DNA of 61,799 nucleotides. Origin: Octopus sinensis. Lineage: Eukaryota. Below the pieces are notes generated by a model. That model made no database searches. It saw only the letters and a list, made by a program, of their open reading frames with translations, and was not told the DNA's origin. Every line of letters starts with the position of its first letter. Within the stretch, counting starts at the first letter, position 1. Made by a program: the position numbers and the translations under genes. Positions 27,944 through 41,082 of this stretch are shown here, piece after piece. The stretch lies in the NCBI RefSeq assembly GCF_006345805.1, contig NW_021833106.1, positions 1 to 61,799 on the forward strand, written 5' to 3'.

Positions 27944-28324
27944 CGACCCGCGCGACGACGCCGGAAAGCGATGATGCGCAGGCGTGAAACCGGACGCGGG
28001 CGATGACAGGGCAGGGCCGCATCATTCCACTATCGTGGTGATCGTCATCAACAGTAACAACAACAAAAACAACAACAACAACAAGCTAATAAACCATTGA
28101 CACTAAAACGACACTAAATGGTCAATCTACATTTTAAAAATAACAGCCAAATCTGTATGATATAATATAATATATAAAAATGAAGGAAAGGCAAATTGTT
28201 TGATATACTTCAGAACATTTTGTTTAGTTTCTCTTTAAAAAAGCCCTGATGGTAATTGCTTCTATATCTTTTAAGGTTTACTTGTTTCAGCTATTAGACT
28301 ACGGCCATGTTGGGGCACCACCTC

Positions 28325-28985
28325 AAGGGTGATTAGATAATTTATTTACGTATCTGGTAACTTCACCCTCCTTTCTAAATGGGTGATATAACTTTGAATT
28401 TAAGTATAAGGTAACGTCTAAAAAGTTAACTATCTTGGTGTTATATTCATAAGTAATGCCTAAGTTGAAATCTTTGAAAAATCTACTAATTTTCTTTCTT
28501 ATTCTCTCAATTACCGATTTATTATTACTAGGTACGATAAATAAAGCATCATCTCTATATAATCCCCCTTGCAATTCGGGATTTCTCTACTTATGCATTT
28601 TAATGAATACGCTCCTACTAAATTAGTTATCTCCGCCGAATCACTTGAGCCCATGGGTATATCGAAATTATTCGGGGTATCCGCTCTAGTCCACAATTTT
28701 CCTTCAAATTCAATGATAGTTTTCCTAGCTAATAAAATAATATCAATTTCTCCCCTAGTTATGAGAGAGGTTTTTTATAGCGAAAATGAGTGATTTATTA
28801 AGGAGAATAGGGGATATGCTGGAATAGTAGTTGTTAATGTCAAATTGGATGAAAGAAATTCTATTATTATTATTTAAAGATTTAAACCAATCGTTGTGAC
28901 CATTTTGCATTGACCCAGTTCTCTTGATATAAAATCTAATTACCAAATGAGAGTAAACTCTGAATTTTCTTTAGGAATAACTTCT
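28325..28985 (-). mobile_element. Penelope-like element reverse transcriptase fragment (frameshifted)
   Basis: Three consecutive minus frames give FIQFDINNYYSSIS, NFDIPMGSSDSAEITNLVG and GLYRDDALF..VNFLDVTL..YHPFRKE..YVNKLSNHP, the PLE RT motifs in order. Confidence 0.92.
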
Positions 28986-29000
28986 GACATTTATTTCACA

Positions 29001-29406
29001 GGCGCAGGAGTGGCTGTGTGGTAAGTAGCTTGCTAACCAACCACATGGTTCCGGGTTCAGTCCCACTGCGTGGCATCTTGGGCAAGTGTCTTCTGCTATA
29101 GCCCCGGGCCGACCGATGCCTTGTGAGTGGATTTGGTAGACGGAAACTGAAAAGAAGTCTGTCGTATATATGTATATATATATGTGTGTGTGTGTGTGTT
29201 TGTGTGTCTGTGGTTGTCCCCCTAGCATTGCTTGACATCGATGCTGGTGTGTTTACGTCCCCGTCACTTAGCGGTTCGGCAAAAAAGACCGATAGAATAA
29301 GTACTGGGCTTACAAAGAATAAGTCCCGGGGTCGATTTGCTCGAATAAAGGCGGTGCTCCAGCATGGCCGCAGTCAAATGAGTGAAACAAGTAAAAAAGT
29401 AAAGAG
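29001..29406 (+). mobile_element. SINE family A, full length
   Basis: Complete head, internal microsatellite and tail. Confidence 0.92.
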
Positions 29407-29746
29407 TAATGTTCTTAACATTCAAATCAACGTCTCTGTCTGTATATCTACCCTCTTTATAATGTTATCAATTAACATGAAAATAAGTATATGTATTGAT
29501 GGGAAACCTCTATAAATTGGCTGATGATTGCTCAACATTTTAAAACTGTTGTAATGCTTACAATGTTTAATAAAATGATGTAGCGTGAAACGATCGTACC
29601 AAATTACCGAAGATATTCTTGTTGCTTATTTTCATTATAATCACCCCATGGATTTATATGGATAACAATGTTCAAAATTCTGGTGCATCTAATTTAATAC
29701 CACATTCATTTGAATCTAAATTTTGCTGAGCGTATATATATATATT

Positions 29747-29801
<55 letters not shown>

Positions 29802-29835
29802 TATGTATGTATGTATGTATGTAGGTAGGTAGGTA

Positions 29836-30058
29836 TGTGTGTATATGTTTGTGTGTCTATGTTTGTCCCCCCAACATTGCTTGACAACCGATGCTGGTGT
29901 GTTTACGTCCCTGTAACTTAACGGTTCGGCAAAAGAGACCGATAGAATAAGTACTAGGCTTACAAAGAATAAGCCCTGGGGTCGATTTGCTCGACTAAAG
30001 GTGGTGCTCGAGCATGGCCACAGTAAAGTGACTGAAACAAGTAAAAAGAGTAAAAGAG
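29836..30058 (+). mobile_element. SINE family A 3' half
   Basis: Matches 29190-29406 and starts within a microsatellite. Confidence 0.85.
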
Positions 30059-30526
30059 AATATTAAATAAAACATATTCCTGTAACTTGTCCCATAAATT
30101 CACTGTCACTAACTTTTTCACATTCTTCTCTGTCTCTGTGATTTTTTACAAAAAGGGACAACAAAACATCCAGATAGACGATACAAAAAAACAAGGATGG
30201 GTCATTCTAAGCCTTTGATCTTCAGTCAAGAACCGGATCATCCTCTCAATTTCGGCTGATTGATCTTGAGATTGCTCCAATCTGGCCAGCCCCAAGGAAA
30301 AAATAAGCTAAGAGCATTAGATTCCTTGGGAAAGAAATATCGAATGTACACATATGACAGAAGTGCGTTGTAATTTGTTTGAAACATGGTAGTACTTAAG
30401 TAGAATAATGAATGAAAAGAGAGACAAGAAAAGCTTGTTCATTTATTATTCGATTTATATTTGTGTGCGTGAGTGTGTGTGCGTGCGTGTATGTGTGTTG
30501 TGTGTGTGTTGTTTGTGTGTGTGTGT

Positions 30527-30579
<53 letters not shown>

Positions 30580-30689
30580 AATTTATTCGCAGTAACAGGG
30601 GCATTATCGAATATTTAGCGGGCGATAATCCTTTCAGTGACATATTTAAATGTCTATCAGTACTACTGTCATTAGTTTCACACACATAT

Positions 30690-30725
<36 letters not shown>

Positions 30726-30742
30726 CACACACACACACACAC

Positions 30743-30954
30743 AAAGACGCGCACATGCACATATATACATATATGTCTGTATATGGTATATACATTTGTA
30801 TAGTAGTGTGAAATTACAATCTCTGGATCAAATATATACAGAATAATATAATGGAAACCATTTTTTAAAATGTAACTTTATTAAATTTTAAAGCATAACC
30901 AAATACACATTCACACACACACGTGTGTATATATACATGTACATATCTACATAC

Positions 30955-31005
<51 letters not shown>

Positions 31006-31204
31006 CATATATGTATATATATGTGTCAATGTGTGCGTGAGAGAGCTAATATGTAATCAAAATATATTACAATGTGCGTATTGCCTTGAGTTAAATGTAT
31101 GTGTGGGTTTATATGCGTGTGTGCGCGCGTATCTATGTGTGTGTGTATGTATGTTTGTACCTGTTTGTGCATCTTTCTCTCTCTGTATTGTACACACATA
31201 TATG

Positions 31205-31261
<57 letters not shown>

Positions 31262-31678
31262 TGTACATATATATGCATATTATACAATTATAGCATATAA
31301 AATACATATATATATATATATATGATATACATTACATATATATACGTATATATATTTATATACACACATACATACATAAGTCTTCCTGTGTGTAGCACTG
31401 TATATGACATGTGCATGAGATTCTAAGTAAAAATCCGTGTCGTGACAAAATCTAAAATATATTCAGTTTTACATATTGATATTTGAATAAATACTTAAAA
31501 TATATTACCGATTTGACCTGGTTAGGTCAGCGTGTATGGGAGAAGTGCATGAGTATGTGTGAAAATTCATATGTATGTGTCAGATAGAAAGACAGAAAAA
31601 CAGAGAGGGAAACTTAAAGCCGACACAATTCAGCGCATTCAAATATGCATATAGGATAGTTTGTTTATAACACACACC

Positions 31679-31724
<46 letters not shown>

Positions 31725-32242
31725 ACACACACACACACACACACAGGCACACGCACACGCACACACACACACACACACACAACAACAAACACGCGCACAT
31801 GCACATTATACATATATGTCTGTATATGTATTACATTTGTATAGTAGTGTGAAATTACAATCTCTGGATCAAATATATACAGAAAATATAATGGAAACCA
31901 TTTTTTAAAAAGTAACCTTATTAAATTTTAAAGCATAACCAAATACACATTCACCACACACGTGTGTATATATACTGTACATATCTACATACATATATCT
32001 ATATATATTATATATATGTGTGTGTGTGTTGTGTTATATATATACATATATGTATATATATGTGTCAATGTGTTGCGTGAGAGAGCTAATATGTAATCAA
32101 AATATATTAAAACTGTGCGTATTGCCTTGAGTTAAATGTATGTGGGGTTTATATGCGTGTGGTGCGCGCGTATCTTATGTGTGTGTGTATGTATGTTTGT
32201 ACCTGTTTGTGCATCTTTCTCTCTCTGTATTATGTACACACA

Positions 32243-32284
<42 letters not shown>

Positions 32285-32716
32285 ACATATATGTACATAT
32301 ATATGCATATATACATATATATGCATATAAATACATACATATATAGTATAATATATATATATATAATATATATGCATATACATACATATATATACGATAT
32401 ATATTTATATACACCACATACATGCTAAGTCTTCCTGTGTGTAGCACTGTATATGACATGGCATGAGATTCTAAGTAAAAATCCGTGTCGTGAAAAAATC
32501 TAAAATATTCAGTTTTACATATTGATATTTGAATAAATACTTAAAATATATTCCCGATTTGACCTTGTTAGTCAGCGTGTATGGGAGAAGTGCATGAGTA
32601 TGTGTGAAAATACATATGTATGTGTCAGATAGAAAGACAGAAAAACAGAGAGGGAAACTTAAAGCCGAACAAATTCCAGCCCATTCAAATATGCATATAG
32701 GATAGTTTGTTTATAA
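30743..32716 (+). repeat. Tandem duplication, ~1045 bp period, bounded by (CA)n
   Basis: 30743-31670 is nearly identical to 31787-32716; differences are mostly small indels. Confidence 0.92.
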
Positions 32717-32718
32717 CA

Positions 32719-32785
<67 letters not shown>

Positions 32786-34597
32786 TCTATCTATCTATAC
32801 CATACAAATACAAATACAACATATATAATATATATATATATATATATATCATATATATAAAAACATATATAGGCATATTATGTGCGTGTATGTATGGCAT
32901 ATAATATATATATGAATAGCTTCTTTTGTATGTATATTTTATATATATTTACATGTATACGTATATGTATAAGATGTATATGTAGATGAATACCTATAGA
33001 TATATGTGTGCGCGTATGTATATATGTATATATATGTTGTATGTATATATATATATAATATTATACATTATATATATATATATATATCTAATATATATAT
33101 ATATATATATTATATATAATATATATATATATATATTATATGTTGTATTTGTATGGTATTGATAGATAGAAAGGCAGGTACATAGAAAATGAGTGTGGGG
33201 AGAGATACGTATACTTTCTTACAAACATGCTTTAAACGTTAAATAAACATCTTGTAGTCGATTGTGCATTTATACCCACTTACTTGCATGTCATCAAGTA
33301 TTTAATAGTACATCAATCAATCTATGTATACGTGTCTATGCATATTTACACACATACACACAGATACATATACATATATACATTTATATCTATATCTATA
33401 TATATGTGTGTGTGTGTGTTTGTGTATGTGTGTATTTATGTGTGTATGTGTGAATGTTTGGCGCACGTAAGAACAAGAGATATAATGGAATTCCATAGCA
33501 TTTATAAACAAATACAAAACATGAACATCATGTCATTTAGGTAGTTAATACTGAAATAAAATTGCGAATTTTCACTTCATTACGTTGTATTTATATAATT
33601 CATATATTTTAAGTGTGTTTTTAATCTATGCATACATGTATGTATATGTACGTATGTATGTATGTATATATGTATCTATGATGTATCTATGTACATATAT
33701 AAGCTCAGATGAGAACACATGCAAACATATCCACATATACATATAGATATACATCTATAAACATATAGATACACACATATGTATGTGTGTATGTATACAT
33801 ACATACACACATATTTACATATATACATATATATGCACATCCATATATATATATATATATACATACACATATATATATATATATATATACACGCACACGT
33901 ATACACGCACACACATACATATATATATTCTTGTACATAAATATGCCTAGCTTATTGTTACACGCTTCTCTGCATATATGTTTACTTATGCAGACACAGG
34001 TTACGTTGTTCGTTGTATCGTCTTAATCTAAGCCACTTGTTACACTGAAGTACGTTCCTTAACTCATTTGTACTCTAAATATGCAAATTAGCCCATGCCA
34101 AATTTTTCTCTGCTCTTTTTGTGTACATATCAAAAACTTTTTTCTGTAGGATTAAAGGCAGGTCAACTGCTGTGCTGTTAGTGTCTACAGATACAGAAAC
34201 ACAGGTACTTACTGATGTCCTACTGGGTACAGAAAAAAACACCCCTTCTTCCTTTATATCATGCCAATGCTGAATAATTTATGATGCTTCAGAACATTTT
34301 CCATTTTCATTGATATTCGGTCGTAATTGCCAGTAGGTGTTCGTTTGCTGACCTCCCAACCCAAACGATGATAATTTTTGAAAGATCTAACATTTCACTT
34401 GAACGGAATTTGGTATAATATTTTTTACCTTTAAATTCAGGCAACAGCTTTAGATCACTTTCAAGTTATTTCTGTTGGCTGGTGAAATCCTTTTCTTGTG
34501 ATATTTCTTCTTATTCTGTGGTTTTTTGAGTGGAAAGGTGGGACAAGAATGATGATATTACCAGTCTTACATTCTGTCTCACACCACTCACTATTTC

Positions 34598-34761
34598 CAT
34601 ATATTTCCATAGATTTCTAATGCAAGGGACATTTTCCTTTTTTATGCCTGTCTCTGTCGCCCTTTTGTACTCTTGTGTAAAAAAAAGAGTAAAAAGGAGA
34701 GTCAGAGACAGGCAGAAAAAAGGAAAGTGTCCCTTGCATTTGAAAACTGTGGAAATATATG
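34598..34761. repeat. 164-bp imperfect palindrome (foldback or MITE-like)
   Basis: CATATATTTCCATAG..AATGCAAGGGACATTTTCCTTTTTTATGCCTGTCTCTG pairs with CAGAGACAGGCAGAAAAAAGGAAAGTGTCCCTTGCATT..GTGGAAATATATG. Confidence 0.9.
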
Positions 34762-35012
34762 TTTTCTAAAAAAAACATTTCATTTAATTTTTCTACAATT
34801 TAACTGTTTTTCATACTTTACTCTAAGTTGAAAAAGTCACAAAGGCTGAAACCGGTACAAAAATGTCCTTCATGATAAAATTATTTTAGCACTTTCTACC
34901 TTGTCTTATTTCCCTTATATATATGTTATGTATGTATGTATGTATCTATGTATGTATGTATCTATGTATGTATGTATGTATGTATGTATGTATGTATGTA
35001 TGTATGTATGAA

Positions 35013-35400
35013 TAGGCGCAGGCGTTGCTGGGTAGTAAGAAGGTTGCATTCCAACCACATCACACCTTAGGCAAGTACCTTGAAATAGAGCCTTTGGTAG
35101 TGTCAATTTGATAGACGGAAACTGAAAGAAACCTGCCATGTGTGTGTGGGGGGGTATGTGTGTGCGTGCGTGCGTGAGTGTGTGAGTGTGTGTGTCTGTG
35201 TGTCTGTGTGTGTTTGTGACTTTGTCCCCTACAATCGCTTGACAACCAATAATGGGGTGTTTACGTCTCTGTAAATTTGTGTTTCCTCAAGAAACCAATT
35301 GATTAAGTACCAGGCTTCAAAAAATAAAGTACTGGAATGGATTGTCCGACTAGAATTCTTCAAGGCAGTGCTCGAGCATGGAAACAGTCTAATAAATGAA
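35013..35400 (+). mobile_element. Diverged SINE family A
   Basis: Head GGCGCAGG..GGTAGTAAGAAG, internal TG tract, tail ..AAGGCAGTGCTCGAGCATGG. Confidence 0.7.
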
Positions 35401-35406
35401 AGAAAG

Positions 35407-35702
35407 AAGGCGGTGAGCTGCCAGAAACATTAGCACGCCGGGTGAAATGCTTAGCGGTATTTCGTCTGCCGTTACGTTCTGATTTCAAATTACGATGAGG
35501 TCGACTTTGCCTTTCATCCTTTCGGCGTCGATTAAATAAGTACCAGTTATGCACTGGGGTCGATATAATCGACTCAATCCGTTTGTCTGTCCTTGTTCGT
35601 TCTCTCTGTGTGTAGCCCCTTGTGGGTAGTAAAGAAATAGGTATTTCGTCTGTCTTTACGTTCCGAGTTCAAATACCGCCGAGGACGACTTTGCCTTTCA
35701 TC
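35407..35702 (+). mobile_element. SINE family B plus the start of a B2 unit (continues at 37044-37170)
   Basis: The B2 unit is interrupted at CTTTCATC by the 35703-37043 insertion. Confidence 0.85.
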
Positions 35703-37043
35703 GGATCTTTTCTATTCTGAAGCCAGGACCACAGATCTTTCTACTTAACTAAATAATCTGAAACTTCGTATGCTGATAGAGTCTAGCAAAACAAGACACA
35801 GGTTGGAACTAGTTTATTTGAGAAAAATCTATTTTATGACTTTAATCGTAGATTAAAACTGCGAATTTTAACCAATCAGATTGTTTGTTTTCATGTGTTA
35901 AAACTTGACTGCATTCTATTAGTGTGACGTAGAAAGCGCTTTTGTGACGTACTAACGTTCGGAAAACTGTAAACAACACGGCAGACGAAATACGGCTACG
36001 CATTTCGACCGGAGTGCTAACGTTTCTGCCAGCTCTTTGCTTTTTTAATATTAAATTTCGGCGAAGTTTCGCTGTCGTAGCACAAGTTTTCCGTCGATTT
36101 CCGTAAAAAACTTTTATTTTTTTACATAAATGAGAGCGAAAGAGACTAAGAGGAAGCGATTTTATGACGAGGGAAGTTTGTCTTTGAAGTTACCGTCTAG
36201 GGCAGGGGTGGGCAAACTTTTTTGAACCTTGGCGGGCCTCATTTATAAAAATCAAGTGAAAATATTGTGAATTACCGTACAGTTACGAAGTATCTGCATA
36301 GAAGTTGGGATTCATAAAAGCTCTCGGCGGGCCGCATGAAAACCTATGGGCCGTAGTTTGCCCACCCCTGGTCTAGGGGAAGCATTGATGTACATGTGTG
36401 TGTGTGTGTGTGTTTGATGGGGTGTGGGAGACAGTATGTTGTGTAAGTGAAGTGCTTCTGTTAGTGTGTGTGAAGAGACAGAGAGAGTAATGTGTGAAAG
36501 AGAGAGATAACTGAAATTTTTTACTCGGTGTATGTGTATATGTATGTCTGCATGTATGTGTGTGTGTGTATGTATCTATGTATGTATGGCCAATTCATCG
36601 TAATTACGATTACGATGAATCGGCTATACATACATACACACACACACATACATACACACACACACATACTTACACATACATACACACACACACATACATG
36701 CAGACATACAGAATGGAAACATTTTCAATTTAATACATGTGGCTTATTAACTAGTTTTAAATATTGTTATTAGAAGGTGGCTGACTTGTTTACATTTAAG
36801 ATGTTAAATACGTCACGAAATTGGTGGTCGAGACGGAGTAAATAAAATAAAGCCGAATGACGGAATATCATTGATTAAAATTCTAATTATTAAACAACGT
36901 TAAACTTAGAAGTTACAATTCCGTTTTCATTCTGGTTTACAATTAAGTTTACTTTTGACACATTCTACCAGTATACGAAGTTTCAAATTGTTTGGTTCAG
37001 TAGGAAAAATTTGAAAAAACTGGCCTCAAAATAGAAAAGATCC
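35703..37043. mobile_element. GGATC-TIR DNA element (1341 bp with nested inserts), 8-bp TSD
   Basis: TIRs GGATCTTTTCTATTCTGAAGCCA / TGGCCTCAAAATAGAAAAGATCC; TSD CTTTCATC at 35695-35702 and 37044-37051; its subterminal CACATTCTACCAGTATACGAAGTTT is shared with the 9109 MITE. Confidence 0.88.
36203..36370. mobile_element. hAT (Charlie-like) MITE
   Basis: Perfect 16-bp TIR CAGGGGTGGGCAAACT; 8-bp TSD GTCTAGGG at 36195-36202 and 36371-36378. Confidence 0.95.
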
Positions 37044-38258
37044 CTTTCATCTTTTTGGGGTCGAAGTACCAGTTGCGTACTGGGATCGAAGTACCAGTTG
37101 TGTACTGGGGTCGATCTAATCGGCTGGCCCACACCCCGAGATTTCGGGCTTTGTGCCTGGAATAGAAAAGAATAAATGAAACAAACAAACGATAAAAGAT
37201 AGATAGATAGAAAGATTTATATATATATGTGTGTGTGTAGATAGATACGCACATTCTCACACACACACAATAACGAGAACCTAAATCTAAGACAACGAGA
37301 TCTTATCATAAACCTCGTGTTGACAGACTCCGTTGTAGCTTGTCATCACCCATTGCATTTGTTTCCTACTTATCTCCCCTTGTGTGTTACTTCGCTTTTA
37401 ATATATTCATTCATGTTTCTTCATCTTCGTCGTTTCTCTTTTATCCTAACATTCTTTCCTACTTACTTTCCTGTTGCTATCATTCCTTATTATTGTCTTC
37501 ATTTGTTATTTCTTCGTTCCTTCTCTTTATTCTTTATCTTTTTTCCATGGTCATCCCCTTCATCCCCTTCCTCTTCCATCGTACACTTCCTATCTTTATC
37601 TCCAGCCATCCGTTCGTCCACTTTCCCTTTATCTCTTATCCAAATTATCTCCGACTTCCCAGCTTCTCTGTCCATCTTTAACAGTTTTGTACTTTGTATT
37701 TTGTCCTTATTATATTTTCCTATGTATACTCTTGCTGGCTTTGCTATGAGTAGAATGCATTTTTCAGTCTTTGTTCTCCTTTCTCTTCTTTCTTTCTTTC
37801 TTTTTTCTTTCTTTAATTCTTTCTTTAATTTCACACTTACGATTCTTGCCTTTGATGTTTCATCGCTAATACACATCCCAATGGTAAAACTCACCTCATC
37901 TTTCACACACACAGACACTCACGCGCACGGTCACCTCTGCGTTTTCTCTCTAATCTGAGCTATTCAGGACTGTCGTCAACAGCTCAGCTGACGATGAACC
38001 TCAACGAAGGCTTCCAAAATTTGATCATATATGCAAATCTGAAGTTGGTTATATGTTTTTGTGTGTGAGCTTTAACTACAGCATTAGAGCTCTTTAGTTC
38101 TTATTTCTAGCAATGTAGGTTTTCTAACACCCTAGACGTATTTAGTGACAATTATAGCCTTTTTCTTTTTGGTAAAACATTGCACACTTATCTCTTCATT
38201 AAATTATTGTATATACAATAATGATTCGCTAAATCATCCATACATTTTTAACGTGAGT

Positions 38259-38320
<62 letters not shown>

Positions 38321-38515
38321 GGTTAATCCAAACATGAAAACACAAAGAGAAAACACAACAACGCGAGGACGTGGAACAAGTATAGTATTATTGGACGCTC
38401 AGGAAAGGAAAGAATGAAGGAGGATTTAACGTTTCGAGCGGAGCTCTTCGTCAGAAATATAGGAAAAGAAAAGATCAAAGGAAGGGAAGACGAAGAAAAA
38501 AAATCGCCAACGGTA
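38321..38515 (-). mobile_element. (TA)n-anchored short element, family F (PLE pseudo-LTR-like, hammerhead-bearing)
   Basis: Homologous to 47714-47904; its 3' end on the minus strand abuts (TA)n at 38301-38320. Confidence 0.8.
38424..38458 (-). ncRNA. Predicted minimal type I hammerhead ribozyme
   Basis: AUUU-CUGACGA-A-GAGC(UCC)GCUC-GAAAC-GUU-AAAU: intact core, extra A after A9, 4-bp stem II, palindromic ACGU stem III, 4-bp stem I. Confidence 0.7.
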
Positions 38516-39100
38516 CACACGTGGCCAAAAAATATATATATACTACTTCGCTGATCGTTAATCTAACAAATATATAGAGAGGTAGTCTTACTGTGAAATT
38601 ATAATAAGACTGAAACATGCTTGAAGTTGTCGTCCTTCCTTGCCAAGACCAGATTTAATGTCAATGATTTAATGTCAACAACACCAACAACACCACAACC
38701 ACCACCACAGCCTCCACCACCACCACCACCACCACCACCACCAACACCACCGCCTCCACCACCACCACAACTATAACTCACGCTACAAAGACCACCACAG
38801 GCAACAGTAACAACACTATAACCACTGCCACTATTACCATTTCCAAGCAACACCACTACAACACACCAGATCCACTAGATCCCCACCATCACCTCTACCC
38901 GCCACCGCCACCGCCACCGCCACCGCCACCGTAGCTATTTTCACCATTAGATCACCACCGCTAGCATCACCACACAGCCACTACGGCCAACAGACACCAT
39001 CAACGCCAACACCACTGTACTGATAAGTAATCTTTAGAATGTTACCTGTTGTTCTGTTGATGGATGAAGTTTATTAATGACGTCCGGTTGTTGTTGTTGC

Positions 39101-39139
<39 letters not shown>

Positions 39140-39155
<16 letters not shown>

Positions 39156-39430
39156 GGTGGCTTTAGGGGGTGATAAGGGTGATGATGATGGTACTGATGG
39201 TGCTGATGATAGTGACGGTAGTAGTGGTGGTGGTTTTAGTGTTGTGGTGGTTGTGTGGTGGTGGTGGTGGTGGTAGTGGTGGTGGTGGTGGTGGTGGTGG
39301 TGGTGGCTTTAGGGGGTGATAAGGGTGATGATGATGGTACTGATGGTGCTGATGATAGTGACGGTAGTAGTGGTGGTGGTTTTAGTGTTGTGGTGGTTGT
39401 GTGGTGGTGGTGGTGGTGGTGGTAGTGGTG
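39140..39430 (+). repeat. 146-bp tandem duplication in a (GGT)n-rich tract
   Basis: CTTTAGGGGGTGATAAGGG.. at 39161 and 39307. Confidence 0.9.
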
Positions 39431-39885
39431 GTGGTGGTGGTGGTTGTGGTGGTGGTGGTAGTACTATTTGCGGTATTGGTGGTGGCGCATGCTGGTATTG
39501 GTGATTGTACAACCCGGCAAGCACAACACAAGATTAATGAAAGTACAAGATTAATGAATGTACTATTTATCATTTCAAATTCCGGGATCGATTAAATGAA
39601 TACCAGTTGAGAACTGGGGTCGCTGTAATCGACTAGAGCCCTCCCTAAAAAATTCAGGCTTTGTGCCTAAAATAGAAAGGATTATTTACTATTTCCGGTG
39701 TACCGGAATACATAAATTCGTTTCCGCAATCCACTGTCTGGAGAGACGTTGCTCGCCTCGCTTAGTTATATACTGTGCTTTTAACACGACATGACTATGA
39801 TTAGGTTTTCTCTTAAACAGAAACCACAGTATCAAATTTTTTCAATGGTGTGTATAAGTTAAGTATGTACACATATGGTTATATA

Positions 39886-40125
39886 CAGGGTTTGCCAAGA
39901 GTCACCTGTCAGTAAATCAAAACTATTTTTAATTTCAAGATAAAAACAAAAAAAATATTTTTATATGAGACTTTGCTAATAAATAGACAATTGTTGAAAA
40001 AAGAGGTGATTTTAACTCACGGCATTCAATTATTAAACATCCATAACTGGAATGAATAAATAAAATTGAATATGAAGTATTTATGGAATTTTCATTTACT
40101 GTCGAGTGACTTTGGGCCAAAACTG
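39886..40125. mobile_element. Diverged Tc1/mariner-type MITE
   Basis: TA|CAGGGTTTGCCAAGAGTCAC ... GTGACTTTGGGCCAAAACTG; imperfect TIRs, right TSD not intact. Confidence 0.5.
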
Positions 40126-40381
40126 AATATATTGATTGTTTATTGTTTTCCTACATGTCAGAGGCAACAAATTTCGTCTAAGCATGGCATTTGGCTGTAT
40201 GAGTAAACACGAATATATATATATATATATATAATATAATATATATATATATATATATAATTATATATGTATATGTTGTGTGTGTGTGTGGTGTGTGTGT
40301 GGTGTATGTATATATATATACGTATAAAATATGAGATGAAAGGTCCAAAACTTTTATGTGTTATATAAACAGTGAATAAGC

Positions 40382-40412
<31 letters not shown>

Positions 40413-40549
40413 ATATATATATATTGTAAAAAGGGCATTATTACACATAAATGCCTCACACTAGGAGGGACAAAGTCATTACTACCAAAAATTATACTAA
40501 TCATACCCAAATGCAGTTTTTCAAAGCAAGACATTTAAAAATGAATTAT

Positions 40550-40605
40550 GTTCTGTATCACCGTGATTTCACATACAACTTGCGTCTAATGATCGTCAGC
40601 AGAAC
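40550..40605 (-). ncRNA. Predicted type I hammerhead ribozyme, array copy L1
   Basis: GUUCUG CUGACGA UCAUUAGAC GCAA GUUGUAUGU GAA AUCAC G GUGAU A CAGAAC; consensus-intact. Confidence 0.82.
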
Positions 40606-41026
40606 TGATTCTGAATACATCATAAATAAACCAACCTTATGTAGCGAAGACGAACAGACAACTGTTCAACTCCGGCCAAGCACATGGAATGTTTATAAAT
40701 CATATATCCGGTAAATGGCGGGCTTTTTTACGAACTGCATGTCGGGTAATGAAAAGTATTTCGGAATAAGTTTAACAATTAAGGATAATCTCTTAATAAG
40801 GGATCTTAACAAGAAATTATCGGGTAGCTAGCGTGAAAACCTCATAAAAGAAAAGATCCGAAAATATTTTTCTTTTGAACAAATTAATTATATACTCTAT
40901 ATGTATAAAGGGCATTATTACACATAAATGCCTCACACTAGGAGGGACAAAGTCATTACTACCAAAAATTATACTAATCATACCCAAATGCAGTTTTTCA
41001 AAGCAAGACATTTAAAAATGAATTAT

Positions 41027-41082
41027 GTTCTGTATCACCGTGATTTCACATACAACTTGCGTCTAATGATCGTCAGCAGAAC
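41027..41082 (-). ncRNA. Predicted hammerhead, copy L2
   Basis: Identical 56-nt motif. Confidence 0.82.

Noticed and set aside
34150-34204. Possible 55-nt exon (ag|GATTAAAGG..ACACAG|gt; IKGRSTAVLLVSTDTETQ)
   Set aside because: Splice-like signals only; no recognisable homology or partner exons.
40715-40730. GGCGGGCTTTTTT resembling a bacterial intrinsic terminator
   Set aside because: Only a weak upstream stem, eukaryotic context, and it lies inside the antisense ORF.
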